Shown here piece after piece: positions 24,265 to 26,555 of a stretch of DNA of 26,555 bases; within the stretch, counting starts at the first letter, position 1, and every line of letters starts with the position of its first letter. Under the pieces are notes generated by a model, which searched no databases, was not told where the DNA came from, and saw only the letters and a program-made list of their open reading frames with translations. Made by a program: the position numbers and the translations under genes. The DNA lies in contig USBU01000001.1 of assembly GCA_900553005.1 (NCBI GenBank), forward strand, positions 1-26,555. Reading direction: 5' to 3'. This stretch comes from an uncultured Eubacteriales bacterium. Lineage in GTDB: Bacteria > Bacillota > Clostridia > Christensenellales > Pumilibacteraceae.

Positions 24265-26265
24265 ATGAAATGGTATAAAAAACTGGCTTTGGTTCTGGCG
24301 GCGGTTATGTGCTGCGGCACCGTGGCCGCATGCAAGGATCCGTCTGATCCCAGCAATCCTAACAATCCGGACGATCCCGGAAACCAGGGAGGTAACACTA
24401 CCGTGACTACGCCTAAAGAGACCGTTACTGAGCCGGCCGAACATTTTGCTACCAACGTGCTTCATAAGGTAAGCGTGCAGGAAACGTCAAATCCGTTTGT
24501 TACCGACGAGGCTACGGAATACCGTATAGTCACGACTTCGGGCACGGAAGATAAGAAGGCGGCTGCGTTTATACAAAGCAATTTAAAGACGGCGACCGGC
24601 GCAACCTTTGAGCTTGTAGAATACGATTCCGACTTAGAGTGGAGCGCTGACGCAAAGTACATCGTGCTCAACGTGCCGGAGCTTTTTAAGTCGGCAGGCC
24701 TGACTATGCCCTCGGAGGAGCTGGGACAAACGGGCTATTACATTAAAAACGCCGGAAAGTCGGTGTTTATCGCAACAAAAAGCAGCATGGGTTCTCAGTA
24801 CGGCGCGATAGCTTTTCTGCGTCACGTGGTCGGCTACGAAATGTACGCTTACGACACCGTCGTGTACGAAAAGAGCGGAGCTACATTGCCCGATATGGAA
24901 ATTATTGAGCGTCCCGATTTTGAGTTTTACGTGCAGGGCAACAGCGTCAAGTCGGAGGCCGTTTACGGCATGGGCTTTTTAGGCAGTATTTTTATTCCGG
25001 TAGAGGGCGAGACGTGGCACAACAGCTTTAACTATCTCCCGCCCGATACCTATCGTAAAGCTCATCCCGACTGGTATTCGACAAAGGGCAACGAACTTTG
25101 CTACACCGCGCACGGCAACGAAACCGAATTCAACGCCATGGCTAAGGAGCTGGCCGATAAAATAAAGGTGCTTGCAAATCAGTACCCCGACCGCGCCAAC
25201 ATTACCATAACGATAGAGGATCACAACGACCAGTGCGACTGCGACGCCTGCAAAGCGTCCCGCGACGCTTACGGCGGAGCCGATTCCGCGGCGGTCGTAA
25301 AGCTTTGCAACGCGGTCAACAAGCAGGTTCAGCAATTTTTGGAGGAGCAGGCCGCGGCCGCCGGCAAGGAAAAGAGGGAGCTGAACATTCTGTTTTTTGC
25401 TTACAACAAGATGGAAAAGCCGCCCGTTAAAAAGGATGAGTCCGGCAAATGGGTTCCCTACGACAATTCCGTTATCTGCGACGATAACGTTGGCGTTTAT
25501 ATCGCTCCCATCCGCGCCGCATATAACCAGTCCTTCTATCATGACAACAACGTGTCGGCCAAGGAGTCTATCGAGGGCTGGGGCGCGCTGTCCAATAAGC
25601 TTTATATGTGGCTTTACGAGACCAATTACTCGCATTATCTGTACCCGATAAATACATACGACACTATGATTGAGACCTATCGCTTCTGCAAAAACAACAA
25701 TGCGGTTTACATGATGAACGAGGGGCAGTACAATCAAGGCAACGTTACGCATTTCAGCAAGCTTAAGGAGTATTTCAACGCGCGTGCGGAGTTCAACGTA
25801 AACGACAACTTCAAGGATATCACGGACGACTTCTTCGCCAATTATTTTAAGGATGCCAACGCGCCGATGCGTCAGTTCTTCGACGAGCTTCAGGCGCACC
25901 TGAGATATCTAGAGGTTACTTATCCCGGCGACGTCAACGGCAATATCTACAATCCCATGGAGCAGGCCAAACTCTGGCCCAAGGGCTTATTGGATCATTG
26001 GCTAGATCTGATTGACGAGGCTTACGCCGCCATCGAGCATTACCGTACCGAAAACGCGGCGTTGTACGAGGTTCTTGCAAACCATATTAATCTCGAAAGC
26101 ATTTTTCCTAGATTTGCAATAATCAGGTTGTATTCGGGCAAGTATTCGGCCGCTACGCTCCGCCGTATGCGCGAGGAATTCCGCGACGACTGCGTGACCT
26201 TTAATATAACGATGCTCAATGAGGGCACCTCGCTGGATACAGTGTTCGCATCCTGGGGACTTTAA
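24265..26265 (+). CDS. DUF4838-family lipoprotein (putative glycoside hydrolase with GH20/GH67-like N-terminal domain)
   Basis: Lipobox VAAC. N-terminal AA..Q..L...TG...L..GYYIK..G..VFI..G.QYG..FL...G resembles the GH20/GH67 N-domain. HPDWY..LCYT, D....C.C..C, FFAY...PP, W.Y and FF.NY follow the DUF4838 pattern. Confidence 0.75.
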   Translation: MKWYKKLALVLAAVMCCGTVAACKDPSDPSNPNNPDDPGNQGGNTTVTTPKETVTEPAEHFATNVLHKVSVQETSNPFVTDEATEYRIVTTSGTEDKKAAAFIQSNLKTATGATFELVEYDSDLEWSADAKYIVLNVPELFKSAGLTMPSEELGQTGYYIKNAGKSVFIATKSSMGSQYGAIAFLRHVVGYEMYAYDTVVYEKSGATLPDMEIIERPDFEFYVQGNSVKSEAVYGMGFLGSIFIPVEGETWHNSFNYLPPDTYRKAHPDWYSTKGNELCYTAHGNETEFNAMAKELADKIKVLANQYPDRANITITIEDHNDQCDCDACKASRDAYGGADSAAVVKLCNAVNKQVQQFLEEQAAAAGKEKRELNILFFAYNKMEKPPVKKDESGKWVPYDNSVICDDNVGVYIAPIRAAYNQSFYHDNNVSAKESIEGWGALSNKLYMWLYETNYSHYLYPINTYDTMIETYRFCKNNNAVYMMNEGQYNQGNVTHFSKLKEYFNARAEFNVNDNFKDITDDFFANYFKDANAPMRQFFDELQAHLRYLEVTYPGDVNGNIYNPMEQAKLWPKGLLDHWLDLIDEAYAAIEHYRTENAALYEVLANHINLESIFPRFAIIRLYSGKYSAATLRRMREEFRDDCVTFNITMLNEGTSLDTVFASWGL

Positions 26266-26305
26266 GATTATGCCGGAAAAATTTATCAGATAAGGAGAAT
26301 TAGGT

Positions 26306-26508
26306 ATGAGAATTAAAAAATACCTGGTAGTAATAGTTGCGATGCTTGCCTTGCTGACTTTCGGCTTGGCGGGCTGTAAGCCGGACGAGCCGGCGCCGGT
26401 GGATCCCGAGCAGCCCGAGCCGCCGGTCGCAGCGGTTACCTTAAGCCAGAACACGGCGGAGCTTGACGTATATGAAACGCTTACGCTGACCGCTACGAAA
26501 GAAAACAC
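26306..26508 (+). CDS. Partial lipoprotein with the start of a Big_2-like Ig domain (truncated by the contig end)
   Basis: Not in the ORF track because it has no stop. SD AAGGAG, ATG 26306: MRIKKYLVVIVAMLALLTFGLAGC-KPDEPAPVDPEQPEPPVAAVTLSQNTAELDVYETLTLTAT. Lipobox LAGC. Confidence 0.85.
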
Positions 26509-26555
26509 CTGTCTCTTATACACATCTCCGAGCCCACGAGACGGAGCTACATCTC
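26509..26555 (+). other. Illumina Nextera adapter read-through (Tn5 mosaic end + Read 2 adapter + i7 index + start of P7); artefact
   Basis: CTGTCTCTTATACACATCT (26509-26527), CCGAGCCCACGAGAC, 8-nt index GGAGCTAC, then ATCTC. Exact Nextera layout. Confidence 0.99.

Noticed and set aside
26509..26527. Tn5/IS50-like transposon end
   Set aside because: It is the synthetic mosaic end followed by the Illumina adapter and index, a library artefact.

Overview
This is bacterial DNA of roughly 50% GC in the coding regions. The Shine-Dalgarno sites, sigma-A promoters and lipoprotein-rich gene content point to a Firmicute, probably a gut Clostridia/Christensenellales-type organism (inferred). The window holds two carbohydrate-utilisation clusters. 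Cluster 1 (19-11473) has an oversized sugar-binding lipoprotein, two CUT1 permeases, a ~0.9 kb structured intergenic region, a GH43 lipoprotein and a ~1470-aa modular lipoprotein with a three-fold repeated architecture. Cluster 2 (14695 to the end) has a divergent ArsR/COG4189-type regulator, a cytoplasmic GH2, a second oversized binding lipoprotein, two permeases, a 1001-aa secreted Ig-repeat protein, a DUF4838-type lipoprotein and a truncated lipoprotein. Between the clusters are a PflX-like radical SAM gene (apparently leaderless), a DUF2188 gene and a DUF4190 gene. The most striking signal is three G9 homopolymer tracts. Two sit inside -35/-10 promoter spacers, which are 16 bp in both cases, and one frameshifts the regulator. 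In all three, one extra G gives the canonical or intact state, suggesting poly-G phase variation. The last 47 nt are Illumina Nextera adapter contamination.
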